Positions 9,387 through 19,446 of a stretch of 64,000 bases of DNA are shown here, piece by piece. The translations under genes and the position numbers were made by a program. Source of the DNA: Chloroflexota bacterium (lineage in GTDB: Bacteria > Chloroflexota > Ktedonobacteria > Ktedonobacterales > JADMIN01); NCBI GenBank assembly GCA_021323855.1, contig JAJPKE010000005.1, forward strand, positions 137,346-201,345, written 5' to 3'. Positions within the stretch are counted from its first letter, which is position 1. Every line of letters starts with the position of its first letter. The notes under the pieces were generated by a model. That model was not told where the DNA came from and did not search any database. It saw only the letters and a list, made by a program, of their open reading frames with translations.

Positions 9387-11345
9387 TCACACGTAGCGGT
9401 CCAGCCAGCGCAACAGCCGCTCGTAGAGGTCGCGGGTGTGGTCGCGCTCGCGGAAGCCGTGGCCCTCGCGCGGATAGACGGCAAGCTCCGTCGTCACACC
9501 ACGCTCGCGCAGCGCGCGATAGAAAGCATACGCCTGGTTGACGGGTACGCAGGGATCCTGTTCGCCATGCACGATCAGCGTCGGCGTCGTCACACGCGCA
9601 GCATAGGTCAGCGCCGAGCGTTCGCGGTAGGCGTTCGGCTGTTCCAGCCAGTTCGCCGCGATGAAGTCTTCATCCCAGTTGCCGATGTTGCTCTGCGCAT
9701 GGAAGCTATGAAAATCAGTGACGCCTGCGCCCACCATCGCTGCCTTGAAGCGGTTCGTCTGCGTCACCGCCCAGGCCGTCATGAAACCGCCGTAGCTCCA
9801 GCCGATGATTGCCAGCCGGTTGCCATCCGCCAGCCCGCGCTCGATCACATAGTCCACGCCGCCCATCAAATCCTCGAAGTCTTTGCCGCCCATATCGCCC
9901 AGCACCGCGTCAGAAAAAGCCACGCCGCGCCCCATGCTACCGCGCGGATTGATGCGCAGCACCGCGTAGCCCGCCGTGGAAAGCTGCGGCGCCATGAAAT
10001 CCAGCCAGGTGTCGCGAAAGGCCGAGGTTGGGCCGCCATGCACATTCAGCACGAGCGGCGGCAACTGTCCCTCTTTGGGGTTGAGCGGCGGCGTATACAG
10101 CCCCTCGATGCGCCAGCCGTCCGCGCCCTCGAAGCTGATGCGTTCGCTCGGCGCAAGCTGGAAGGTCTCTTCAGCGATGGGGTTGAGCCGCGTCAATTGC
10201 CGCCACTGCACCGTCTCCGCTCCTGGCTCGCCATGCAGTTCACCTAGCCAGATGTTATCGCCGTGTTGCTGGTCGCTGTGCGTGGTGACGAAGGTGCGCA
10301 GGTCTGGCGTCGCGGAGACATGCGGCCACGCGCGATGGCCGATATAAAAGTCGCTGCTGAGAACTGTGCGTGTGTCGCTGACGGTATTGAGGATGCCAAG
10401 CCGGTTGCTCAACCCGGCCCAGGCAACATAGAGCAACCGCCCATCTGCCCCATCCGGTCCACCGGGCAATTCACCAAGCCAGCTTGGATTGCACTCGATG
10501 CCCGGCGTCAGGTTGCGTGCCTCGCCGCCCGCGATGGACTGCACATAGACATCGCCGCCGACCAGCGGGCGGTCGCTCCACTCGCCGGAGACGTAATAGA
10601 GGCGCTGCCCATCGCGTGACCAGGTGAGCGCACCGGCCTGGCGGGTGAGCGCGCTGATCTGACGAATCGCGCCGCCACCTGCTGGAACATCACCGATCTG
10701 GCCGCGATACCAGTCAGATTCCGTCGGGCCAGCCGAATAATACACCGCCAACTGCTCGCTATCCGGAGACCAGGCGTAATACCAGATGGTGACGTTCGGC
10801 GGCGTCACTGGCTCCGGCGTATCGCTCTCCGGGCGCACGGTCCAGAGCCGCCTGTGTCGCTCTTCCTCGTTGACCTTCGGCTCGGTTCCCGGCTCAGCGC
10901 CTTCCAGCGAGAGGAACGCGATGCGGCGGGCATCCGGCGACCAGGCGATGTCGCTGGCGCCATTGGGCATCGCGCAGACGCGCCTCGCCTCGCCGCCCTC
11001 CACCGGCATGATATAAAGCTGCGGGTGCCTGTCGTCGCCGCGCTGCGAGGTGAAGGCAATGCGCTGGCTATCCGGCGACCAGCGTGGCTCATCGTCGCCA
11101 TGCTCACCATTGCTGAAAGGGCGCGGCTCGCCGCCAGCGGTATCCACCAGCCAGATGCGGCTACGCTGCACCGGCTGATCTGGTAGCCACTCATAGAGCG
11201 GGAAAGCAACCTGCTTGCCGTCCGGCGATATCTGCGGATCGAGGGGCAGGCGCAAGCTGAATATCGCATCTATTGTTACTGGCGTCTGTTGGGCCGCTGC
11301 CAGGGAGGCTGCCGCCGGTTGGGCTATGTGCTGCTCGTTGCTCAT
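9387..11345 (-). CDS. S9 family serine peptidase (prolyl oligopeptidase / acylaminoacyl-peptidase type)
   Basis: 652-aa ORF. N-terminal beta-propeller repeats (SPDG/SPDS), nucleophile elbow GWSYGG, C-terminal HGEQDPCVP...EGHGF. Confidence 0.9.
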   Translation of the reverse strand: MSNEQHIAQPAAASLAAAQQTPVTIDAIFSLRLPLDPQISPDGKQVAFPLYEWLPDQPVQRSRIWLVDTAGGEPRPFSNGEHGDDEPRWSPDSQRIAFTSQRGDDRHPQLYIMPVEGGEARRVCAMPNGASDIAWSPDARRIAFLSLEGAEPGTEPKVNEEERHRRLWTVRPESDTPEPVTPPNVTIWYYAWSPDSEQLAVYYSAGPTESDWYRGQIGDVPAGGGAIRQISALTRQAGALTWSRDGQRLYYVSGEWSDRPLVGGDVYVQSIAGGEARNLTPGIECNPSWLGELPGGPDGADGRLLYVAWAGLSNRLGILNTVSDTRTVLSSDFYIGHRAWPHVSATPDLRTFVTTHSDQQHGDNIWLGELHGEPGAETVQWRQLTRLNPIAEETFQLAPSERISFEGADGWRIEGLYTPPLNPKEGQLPPLVLNVHGGPTSAFRDTWLDFMAPQLSTAGYAVLRINPRGSMGRGVAFSDAVLGDMGGKDFEDLMGGVDYVIERGLADGNRLAIIGWSYGGFMTAWAVTQTNRFKAAMVGAGVTDFHSFHAQSNIGNWDEDFIAANWLEQPNAYRERSALTYAARVTTPTLIVHGEQDPCVPVNQAYAFYRALRERGVTTELAVYPREGHGFRERDHTRDLYERLLRWLDRYV

Positions 11346-11382
11346 TGGTTGGTTACTACACTTTCTTGGCGCTTGTGCGCTG

Positions 11383-12300
11383 CTACGCTCGACTACGCGC
11401 GCTATCCTTTACCCGGTCATAGGCCACCAGTAGACCCTTCAGGATGAGGTTCGGGTCCACCACGTCAATGCTTGATGTGACCCCTGCGATAACATCGGCA
11501 AGACCACCGTGCGCGATCACTTTGGCGCGTTCGCCGCCCGGCAGATCACGACGCAGCCGCGCTACCAATCCTTCGACCAGCCCGACATGCCCAAAGACGA
11601 TGCCCGACCGCATGCACTGGACGGTATTCTTGCCGAGCGCCATTGGCGGCGCGGAAAGCTCCACCTGATAGAGTTGTGCGCCGGCCCGCGCCAGCGCCTC
11701 CGCCGAAATGCCCAGCCCTGGTGCAATCGCGCCACCGAGGAAATCACCCTCCGGTGAGACGCAATCGAAGCTGGTGGCCGTGCCGAATTGAATGACAATC
11801 GCCGGACCACCATAGAAATGATGCGCCGCCAGCGTGCTGATGATGCGGTCGGTGCCAGTCTCCCAGGGGTTATCTACCAGCAGCCGGATGCCCAGGTCCA
11901 TCTGGTGATTGACGATAATCGGCTCGCGTTTGAGGTAGCGCGCCGCCAGATCAGCAAAGACCGGCGTCAACTGCGGCACGACGCTCGCCAGGATTACATC
12001 GCCAATATTCTCCAGCCGCAGCCCGACATGCTGGCAAAGGTCCGCCAGCAGCATCGCGTATTCATCGGCGGTCTTTTCGCGTTTGGTGGCGATGCGCCAG
12101 CGGGCGCGCAATCCATCATTTCGTTCACCGTGTTCGCCATGTTCACCATGTTCATTACGCTTGCCGGTCGGAGGATGCGGAGGATGCAGCGGATAGAGAC
12201 CGAACTTGATGCCGGTGTTGCTGATATCCACTGTCAGCAAGAGTTGCTCCGTGCGTTCATCGCGTTCATCATGTGTACTGCGTTCGCCAGCGGTTGCCAT
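11383..12300 (-). CDS. coaX: Type III pantothenate kinase with a His/Glu-rich insertion
   Basis: LLLTVDISNTGIKFGLY, GTDRI, GTATSFD, GPGL motifs. Insertion ...NEHGEHGEHGERN encoded by 9-bp repeats at 12123-12158. Confidence 0.85.
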   Translation of the reverse strand: MATAGERSTHDERDERTEQLLLTVDISNTGIKFGLYPLHPPHPPTGKRNEHGEHGEHGERNDGLRARWRIATKREKTADEYAMLLADLCQHVGLRLENIGDVILASVVPQLTPVFADLAARYLKREPIIVNHQMDLGIRLLVDNPWETGTDRIISTLAAHHFYGGPAIVIQFGTATSFDCVSPEGDFLGGAIAPGLGISAEALARAGAQLYQVELSAPPMALGKNTVQCMRSGIVFGHVGLVEGLVARLRRDLPGGERAKVIAHGGLADVIAGVTSSIDVVDPNLILKGLLVAYDRVKDSARSRA

Positions 12301-12576
12301 ATCGTTGCTCCAATGGGAAGGCGCGACGCCGCCGTGTGCGTTTCGCCAGGCTGATTGTATGTCCGCGCGTCAGGAAGGGTCAAGGAATGGCGCGCTGTTG
12401 TCGAAACAGGCACGGGTGCGACCAGAACATGACATAATACAAGTATCTCAGGCGTTGAAACGAGCAGGTCAGGTTGTGGAACATGATGTGCTTCTCCTGC
12501 TGTATGGAGCCTTGTTGGAGTCAACCCTGAAGCCGTGAGCTATGCCAAAACATCAGCATCCTAGCGCCGTCCGGAG

Positions 12577-14415
12577 GTGCCATTTATGCTCAACGATAGT
12601 AACTCTCCGTTCGATCATCCGCCGGAGTGGATGGCCCGGTCAACAAGCGGGCACCGGGCTGGCGCATCACCAGGCGCAGGCGTCTCCCATACATTGACCA
12701 CACCGTCGGACGTGGCGCACCGCCAGGAGCAGCGCCGCCGCAGACCATTGGTGGAGGTGGTATCCCTCAGCGTCGTCCTGCTGGCGCTGGTGCTTGTCCC
12801 GGCGGGATTGATTCCCAGGCCGGATATCGTGACATTGGTGGCGATCACGCTGGCGATGGTGAGCGGACTGCTGGCCTATATCTTCAGCCAGACGGACGCT
12901 ATCACCGCCGCCAACTGTGTGCTGCTGGGCGGCGTTGCCGTCGCCATCGCCTGGGAAATCGTCGGCAAGGCGGAGGTGCAAGGTGGCATAGACCTATCTG
13001 ATCTGCGCCTCTTTGATCTGTTTGTGGTGTTGATCGTGCTTTCCGGCGTGCTGGCGGGGCGGCGCGGTCCCATCATCTTTGGCGCGCTCTCGATAGCCTT
13101 TACCCTTGCTGCGCTGCTACTTCTCCCACGCACCGGGCCATTGCAGGCATATTGGAGCGGGATGTATCCATTCGCCACTCGTGGTTCCTTCTACGATGTG
13201 ATCGCAGTGGCGCTGGTGATTCAACTGCTGGCGGTCGGCGCGACCTGGCTTGGCGCAAATAGCGTCTGGTATGCGCTGATGGATGCCTCGCGCGCCGATG
13301 ATTTGCAGGCCGCCAATGAGCGCATCCGCGCGCAGACCCGTATCCTCGAAGAGCAACGGATTCGTTTACAGCAAGGGATCGCGCATCTTCAACAGGTGCA
13401 TACGGCGGTGGCGCGAGGGCAGTGGGATGCGCGCGCCACCATCACCCAGGGGGAACTCTTGCCGGTGGCAATGAGCCTCAATCTTTTGCTGGACCGGCTT
13501 GGACGGCTGATGCGCGAGCAAGAGGCGCGCACGCGCATGGAGGTGGCAGCGCACGAATTGGCGCTGGCGCTACAACGCATGCGCCAGGGCTTTCCCTATA
13601 GGCCGCCGCTCTATACAGGCACATCGCTCGATGAGGTGATGGTGGAGTTGCAGCGTCTGCGTCATGCGCGGATGCTCCCCGATGGTCAGCAACGCCTGGC
13701 AATCAGCGCGCCGCGCTACCCATCCTATCCCTCTCAGCCCTTTCAGCCTTCTCAGCCTTCTCAGCCTTCTCAGCCTTCTCAGCCTTCTCAGCCTTCTCAG
13801 TCCTCGTATCCGCCGTATCCCTCCTATGCTCCCAATACGTCCAGTGCTTCGCATCCAGCGCCACCCTCGTATCCATCCAACCCATCGCCATCTCATCCCT
13901 CTCATCCATCTAGCTCATCCGCTCCTTCGCAACCAAACCCGCCAGCTATTCCCCGCATGCCAGGTATTACCAATGGAGTAAACCCATCAGGGACATCCGG
14001 CGCTATGCCTGCCATACCAGCAATACCCTCCGCTCGCCCTGATACGCCATCGCAGTCGCGTCCACGCTGGACGTTACCGTCGTTGCCTTCGCAGGCGATG
14101 CCCAGGCGCGCACCGCCGACCAGACCAATCATCAACAATTTGCCGCCGCTGGACACTACGCCCTGGCCAACGTTGCGGGCGCGTGAACTGCTGGATAAAG
14201 ACATCGAGCTACCCGCCTGGCTGCGCGATTTCTCTGATGATGAGGCTGGCAAAGCTGTTGAAAGAAGCCAGGCAGCGGCCAGGGCTGAAACGGCTGAGCC
14301 AACCACGCCACATACCGATGAGGCACGCGCCGATCAACCGGATCAACCAAGCCAGCCAGAGCAAACAGAGCAAAGCGACGAGTATATTCCGCCCTGGCTG
14401 CGCGAGGACGAGTGA
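12577..14415 (+). CDS. Multi-pass membrane protein with HAMP-like/coiled-coil segment and P/S-rich tail (paralog of 17117..19222)
   Basis: 612-aa ORF. Hydrophobic block around residues 65-235, then QGELLPVAMSLNLLLDRLGRL, GTSLDEV, (QPS)n, and C-terminal PPWLREDE. Confidence 0.7.
   Translation: MPFMLNDSNSPFDHPPEWMARSTSGHRAGASPGAGVSHTLTTPSDVAHRQEQRRRRPLVEVVSLSVVLLALVLVPAGLIPRPDIVTLVAITLAMVSGLLAYIFSQTDAITAANCVLLGGVAVAIAWEIVGKAEVQGGIDLSDLRLFDLFVVLIVLSGVLAGRRGPIIFGALSIAFTLAALLLLPRTGPLQAYWSGMYPFATRGSFYDVIAVALVIQLLAVGATWLGANSVWYALMDASRADDLQAANERIRAQTRILEEQRIRLQQGIAHLQQVHTAVARGQWDARATITQGELLPVAMSLNLLLDRLGRLMREQEARTRMEVAAHELALALQRMRQGFPYRPPLYTGTSLDEVMVELQRLRHARMLPDGQQRLAISAPRYPSYPSQPFQPSQPSQPSQPSQPSQPSQSSYPPYPSYAPNTSSASHPAPPSYPSNPSPSHPSHPSSSSAPSQPNPPAIPRMPGITNGVNPSGTSGAMPAIPAIPSARPDTPSQSRPRWTLPSLPSQAMPRRAPPTRPIINNLPPLDTTPWPTLRARELLDKDIELPAWLRDFSDDEAGKAVERSQAAARAETAEPTTPHTDEARADQPDQPSQPEQTEQSDEYIPPWLREDE
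13744..13797 (+). repeat. In-frame 9-bp tandem repeat CAGCCTTCT x6 (plus degenerate flanking units)
   Basis: Six perfect units counted at 13744-13797. Encodes QPSQPSQPS.... Confidence 0.95.
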
Positions 14416-14416
14416 T

Positions 14417-14500
14417 GTCCTCTCCCCCGTGCGCGGGAGAGGGGAGAGCCAGAGAGACCTCACCCCCGACCCCTCTCCCGCGAGGAGAGGGGAGCGCGGG
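14417..14500. repeat. Family A GC-rich palindromic element (two hairpins)
   Basis: CCTCTCCC-CCGTGCGC-GGGAGAGG, then AGCCAGAGAGACCTCACCCC, then CCCCTCTCC-CGCGA-GGAGAGGGG. Starts 2 nt after the stop at 14415. Confidence 0.85.
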
Positions 14501-14771
14501 CGAACGCTTGTGGCGATAGATGATGGGTTCGTTCGGCCAACTCTCGCGCAGTGACTCACTAACCCACCATACACGGTTTCAAACGCTGGCCATCCTTCTC
14601 GTGCGGACAAATTAGATGCGCCTGGTCTCTCTTGTGGGCATTCATGCGCCGTTCTGCTACAATGAGAAGGCAGCAGCCACAGGCGACCAGCGTGGGATTG
14701 GTATTTGTTAGCCACCCAGCCGAGTGTTATGCTCATGCTACTGCAACAGAGATGCGTGAGGAGACTGCGCG

Positions 14772-15473
14772 ATGGAGCTACAACCGGATATTCATGTGGT
14801 GGACGGCGTAAACTGCAATGTCTACGTGATTCTCGAAGCGGATGGTCTTACGCTGATTGACACTGGCATCCCAGGCAGCGACAAAAAGGTGGTTGCCTAT
14901 TTGGAGCGCATTGGCCGGTCGTTGCGCGATGTGCGACGTATTGTGTTGACGCATCAACATCCAGATCACATCGGCAATCTCGCCACTTTGGTTGCCGCCT
15001 CCGGAGCGGAAACGTTCGCAGACCCGCTTGACACACCAGCCATTGACGGCACAGGACCGCGCGAGCTGCCGACCTCACCGATCATGCGGTTTATGATGCA
15101 GACGTTGTTCATCCGGCGGATCAAGCCGGTAACTATCCAGCGGCAGGTGAGGGAGGGGGAGACGCTGCCGGTACTGGCAAGCGATGGCGGCCTTCAGGTG
15201 ATCGAGACGCATGGGCATACGGTGGGGCATATATCGCTCTATCTCCCTGGGCGCAGGCTGCTCTTCGTTGGCGATGTCTATGGGCACAGCAACGGTGATG
15301 TGAGCATGACACCGAAGATGTTCAATCACGACACCCCACAGACGCTACGTTCGATGGCGAAACTGGCGACCTTCGACATCGAGGCGAGTTTGCCGGGCCA
15401 CGGCGCGCCAATCCTCACCGGCGCAGGCGACAAGTTGCGCATGGTGGTAGAACGCGCTGGAATCAAGCAATAG
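14772..15473 (+). CDS. MBL-fold metallo-hydrolase
   Basis: 233-aa ORF. THQHPDHIG motif, later ETHGHTVGH. Confidence 0.85.
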   Translation: MELQPDIHVVDGVNCNVYVILEADGLTLIDTGIPGSDKKVVAYLERIGRSLRDVRRIVLTHQHPDHIGNLATLVAASGAETFADPLDTPAIDGTGPRELPTSPIMRFMMQTLFIRRIKPVTIQRQVREGETLPVLASDGGLQVIETHGHTVGHISLYLPGRRLLFVGDVYGHSNGDVSMTPKMFNHDTPQTLRSMAKLATFDIEASLPGHGAPILTGAGDKLRMVVERAGIKQ

Positions 15474-15492
15474 AGGCGATAGAGGATGCGTA

Positions 15493-16329
15493 ATGATGGC
15501 AACACATGACGATTGGCGCGTGAAGTTGGATGTGAGCGAGGATGAGGTGTATCCCATCCTGGCGCGTGACCGTGTATGGAACAGCTTCGCTATTGCCGAT
15601 CTCTTGCCACCGATGCGCGCATACAGCCACTACGCGCTCGCCTCTCAGGGAGACCAACCAGCAGAAGCGGCCTGCCTCGTGGTGCAGCATCCGCGCTTCA
15701 CCGTCATCAGCCCGTTTGGCGCGGATGACGGCATTGCCGCGATGCTGGCGCAACTAGCGCAGTTGACGCTGCCAGCGCATGCGTTGATTCAGTCGCAGCC
15801 GAACCACTTGCCGCTGCTCGAACGCTATTACCGCCCGCTCACCGGCTGGCGCGAGATGCTGCGTATGGGGCTGACGGCGGAGACCTTCCGCGCGCCCGAT
15901 ATGCCATCATTAGCGGTACAAGCGGTGCGGCTCACACTTGATGACCTCACCGACCTGCAAGCCTTGCAGAACCTTTATCCCGAAACACACTTCCATCCAG
16001 ATCTGCTGCGCAATGGCGTCTTCTATGGCGTCCGTGCTGATGCCGGGCGTCTCGTAGCCGCCGCTGGGACGCATATCGTCGCTGGCGCGTATGGCATCGC
16101 CGTGCTGGGCAACATTTTCACGCACCCCGACGCGCGTGGGCGAGGCTATGCCACGATGGCCACCGCCGCGCTCATCACTGATTTGCTGGCGCATGGCTGC
16201 CGCGATATCGTCCTCAATGTCGTTGCGGACAACCACCCAGCCATTCATGTCTACGAGCGCCTGGGCTTCCAATCTACCTACCGCTATGTAACGGGCGAGG
16301 CTGGACACTATGCTGTGCAGCCGGAGTAA
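15493..16329 (+). CDS. GNAT family N-acetyltransferase
   Basis: 278-aa ORF. C-terminal acetyl-CoA site ...HPDARGRGYATMATAAL...NHPAIHVYERLGF. Confidence 0.75.
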   Translation: MMATHDDWRVKLDVSEDEVYPILARDRVWNSFAIADLLPPMRAYSHYALASQGDQPAEAACLVVQHPRFTVISPFGADDGIAAMLAQLAQLTLPAHALIQSQPNHLPLLERYYRPLTGWREMLRMGLTAETFRAPDMPSLAVQAVRLTLDDLTDLQALQNLYPETHFHPDLLRNGVFYGVRADAGRLVAAAGTHIVAGAYGIAVLGNIFTHPDARGRGYATMATAALITDLLAHGCRDIVLNVVADNHPAIHVYERLGFQSTYRYVTGEAGHYAVQPE

Positions 16330-16347
16330 TATTGTACAGGTGCTATT

Positions 16348-17127
16348 TTGGATTTATCGCGCTATGAGCCGCTGGCCGGTTTCGCGCCGTCAAAGAAAAT
16401 CGCCAGTGAGCCAACAAATGTTTATATTGGCATGGAAACGAGCGCAACACCGCCGGTTGCTGGTATCTGGGAGATAGCGACAGGGAATTTGATCTGGGCA
16501 GAAGAAGGAACTCTGACACTGGCATGGAATTATGCCGGAACCCAATTGTTGGCGGCCAGAGAACTTTCCGCTAAAGCTGAGGATAAGCAACACTATCTAT
16601 TTGAACGACATAGCTGGCCGCAAGATTATCTTATAAGCCAATGTTCAGTACAACTTCCTTTCTCCGCGTGGCCCTATGATCTTTGGGTCGCCCCGTCCAA
16701 TACCCTGGCTGTTATGCGATGGGTAGATCAAGGTATGTCAGGGTGGGAAGCCATTCTGCTCAAGAATAACGGTGATGTTCATCTGAAAGGAGCGGATTTT
16801 CGATTGATGAGCGGCGAAGCCATTCAATGTTATCCTGCGCTCAGCGCTGATGAACGCTATGCTGTATCTGGATATCAGACCATCTACAGAACGACAGATA
16901 CAGGTCATCAGGTTCCATTAACGCATGGACGCTATGAGGTAGGGCGAATAGTGGTCATAGATATTCGCAACAGCAATTTCCGCGAAATCACAATTGATGA
17001 TGCAGTGCCCGCAAAACTGCACGGCACTGCATCGAAGTGGACTGATGTGCCAATATTTCTCGACAATCAGCGATTCACCATCGCACTGCCGAGCGGCGCA
17101 AAACGCATCTTTGATGTTACGAGCTAA
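16348..17127 (+). CDS. Hypothetical protein (AT-richer gene, TTG start)
   Basis: 259-aa ORF with no motif I recognise. Composition visibly more AT-rich than flanks. Its 3' end overlaps the convergent gene by 11 nt. Confidence 0.5.
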   Translation: MDLSRYEPLAGFAPSKKIASEPTNVYIGMETSATPPVAGIWEIATGNLIWAEEGTLTLAWNYAGTQLLAARELSAKAEDKQHYLFERHSWPQDYLISQCSVQLPFSAWPYDLWVAPSNTLAVMRWVDQGMSGWEAILLKNNGDVHLKGADFRLMSGEAIQCYPALSADERYAVSGYQTIYRTTDTGHQVPLTHGRYEVGRIVVIDIRNSNFREITIDDAVPAKLHGTASKWTDVPIFLDNQRFTIALPSGAKRIFDVTS

Positions 17128-19222
17128 AGCGGTCGTCCCAATCGCGCCACTCGTCCCATTCCAGCCAGGGCAGCGGTGAGATGCGGCTGGCAGGCCCATT
17201 GAGCCGGGCGCCGTTGGTCGGCTGCTGGCCGAAGGACCACGAGGGGTCCGAAAGATGCTCACGTACACGCGGATGCAGCGCAGGCGCCTCCCACGGCGCA
17301 GGCGTGAGCGATGGATCCAGCGATGGTATCGGCACCAGCGCGGCGGGCGTATCCAGCAAGGCATCCGGGCGCGCCTCACGCGGATTTGGCGTCCGCAGCA
17401 GCGCCACCAGCTCATCGAGCGAGGTGCCGGAGGGTTCCGGCCACTTCCACGGCAGACCAAGCCAGGCGCGCTCCACAGCGCGGGTCAGGCGGCGCAGCGC
17501 CCCTTCCAGACGCAGGCGCTCCTCGCGGTCGCGTTGCAGCACCGTCATGCGCTCGCCAAGCAGCCCCACCGCCTCATTCAACTGGTTCAGCGGTCCCTCC
17601 AGGGTGGATGGCGCTGGCGATGTATCGGTGCGTCCATAGAGCGCAGCCATCAGGGTATCATGCAGGCGCAGCGCATCTTCTTCGCTCTGCTGGCGCACCT
17701 GCGCCGCGCGGGCGCGCACCTGGCGCAATTCATGCAGGCGGGAGCGCGCCAGAATCTCCGCCTTGCTGCGGCTGGCGTGGATATCCAGCACTGCCCGCAG
17801 CAACAGCAGCATGCCGGAGACAACAAAAATGCCGTCAAAGACGGCGGCAAGCGTCGTATTCAGTTGGAGAGCGGGGCGAACCAGGTTATTCAGCGACAGC
17901 AACTCAAAGAGACCATAGACAGCGAGCGCAACGACAACGCCCAGGCTGGCGATCACGCGGTTGGTCGTGCGAAGCGCCAGCAACAGCACGATTGGCAGCA
18001 GCGCCAATAGTGAGGCGCGCGGACCCAGCAGCGCCATACCCCAGGCCAGCATGCCAAGCTGCGACGCCAGCAAGATTGCGCCCGCGCTGCGCTGGCTAGC
18101 GTCGTCGTGCGCCAGCGCATAGGCCAGCAAACCGCCCAGCCCGGCAATCACCGTCAGCGCCAGTGCCCAGTACGCGCCAGCAGAACCAACCAACATCAAC
18201 ACGGCCATTGAAATCGCTGCCACAGCAGCAACACTAGCCTCCACGACAGCGATGGGGATGACGAGATTCGTTGCCGGTAATGGTTGCGGGCGAGTCAGCG
18301 GATACTGGCGGAGCAGCGGGTCCGTCTCAGTGAGGGAAGGACGTGGCACGGCGCGCGTGGGCGCTGTCTTTCCATTGCGTCCATCTTGTATGTCGCGTAG
18401 ATCACGCAGATTGCGCGTCCGAACGGGCACACGCGGAGCAAGTGGCGCGGGTGGATTGGCGGGCGCACTTTCAGTGGGCGCAATAATCTGGGGCGCCGGG
18501 GCAATCCTGGGGGCAATGACCATATTGGCCTCCTCAGCCAGTTCAGTGAGTGAAGTTTCCTCTGACTCTAGATGTATATCGAGCGTATCGAGTCTATCTA
18601 CATCGAAGTTGGTTTCAGCGGATGAGCCAATCGGTGACAATTCCTCTGTCTCATCGGCCACAGGTGAAGCCGATTTCGGGGTGGACATAGGAGGCATGTC
18701 AGGTGGTGTCACAACCGTATCGGTCAGCGGGTTCGCCGGAGCAGTGGGGCGCGGCGCAATCGCCGCCATACGCGCGAGCGTGGGGTAGCGGCGTTCGCGT
18801 GTCGTTTGCGTGGTTGCAGCCAGCGCGTTCGTTGCGGCTTGCTTCTGCTGCGCGGACGTTTTAGTAGCGGGCGCTGTTTTGCGGGATTTTTGCGCCTTTG
18901 AGGTAGCCTGAGCTGTCAGCGTGTCTCCCTGCGCGGCGCGCACACGCGACTTCCCGCGCGCCTCAATTTTTTCAGGATGTTCGGGCGCTTCCTCGCGTGC
19001 GGTGATGGCAGGGGGCACTACGATCTGCGCTTGCGTATTGCCAGGCGCCGCAGCAATTTTTGCGGCTGGCGCAGATTGGAGAGCTGATGCAGTTGGCATA
19101 GAAGAACGCGGCGCAGGCCGCCGGGTGCGTTTCTGCTGGCGGCGGGTCAGCGCCACGTCGCGCACTGTGCCGGACGCTCCTGCCGAACCTGACGACGCCT
19201 TGATCTTCTTCTTGCTACTCAT
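17117..19222 (-). CDS. Membrane protein with long disordered N-terminus, HAMP-like/coiled-coil segment and W/D-rich tail (paralog of 12577..14415)
   Basis: 701-aa ORF. TM block around residues 335-470, then EGPLNQLNEAVGLLGERM, GTSLDELV, and C-terminal PLPWLEWDEWRDWDD. Confidence 0.7.
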   Translation of the reverse strand: MSSKKKIKASSGSAGASGTVRDVALTRRQQKRTRRPAPRSSMPTASALQSAPAAKIAAAPGNTQAQIVVPPAITAREEAPEHPEKIEARGKSRVRAAQGDTLTAQATSKAQKSRKTAPATKTSAQQKQAATNALAATTQTTRERRYPTLARMAAIAPRPTAPANPLTDTVVTPPDMPPMSTPKSASPVADETEELSPIGSSAETNFDVDRLDTLDIHLESEETSLTELAEEANMVIAPRIAPAPQIIAPTESAPANPPAPLAPRVPVRTRNLRDLRDIQDGRNGKTAPTRAVPRPSLTETDPLLRQYPLTRPQPLPATNLVIPIAVVEASVAAVAAISMAVLMLVGSAGAYWALALTVIAGLGGLLAYALAHDDASQRSAGAILLASQLGMLAWGMALLGPRASLLALLPIVLLLALRTTNRVIASLGVVVALAVYGLFELLSLNNLVRPALQLNTTLAAVFDGIFVVSGMLLLLRAVLDIHASRSKAEILARSRLHELRQVRARAAQVRQQSEEDALRLHDTLMAALYGRTDTSPAPSTLEGPLNQLNEAVGLLGERMTVLQRDREERLRLEGALRRLTRAVERAWLGLPWKWPEPSGTSLDELVALLRTPNPREARPDALLDTPAALVPIPSLDPSLTPAPWEAPALHPRVREHLSDPSWSFGQQPTNGARLNGPASRISPLPWLEWDEWRDWDDRFSS

Positions 19223-19446
19223 ATACGCCCTACCTCGCTTCCCGCCACCTGTGTCCGTTGCGACCTACTCCATCATACTCTATGACGCTTGCCAGTGGAT
19301 ACACTGGTACAAGCAGCCCGCATGACTTGACATACCGGTCCATTCTATGCCACACTGTTAGAAATGGAAGTCGCTCTCTGCGACTCCTATCCATACAGAT
19401 CAACGGCGTTGGCCGCGCAGCGAATGCGCAACGATCAACGCCGGAA

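Noticed and set aside
9258-10247. Long ORFs antisense to well-supported genes: 9258..10247 (+), 19911..21131 (-), 21159..22226 (-), 33189..34139 (+), 39423..40142 (-), 46224..46913 (-), 54353..55243 (+), 57129..57923 (-), 62217..62918 (-).
   Set aside because: Each lies opposite a gene with clear family motifs. Their translations are R/A/G/P-rich with no motifs, the usual shadow ORFs of a high-GC genome.
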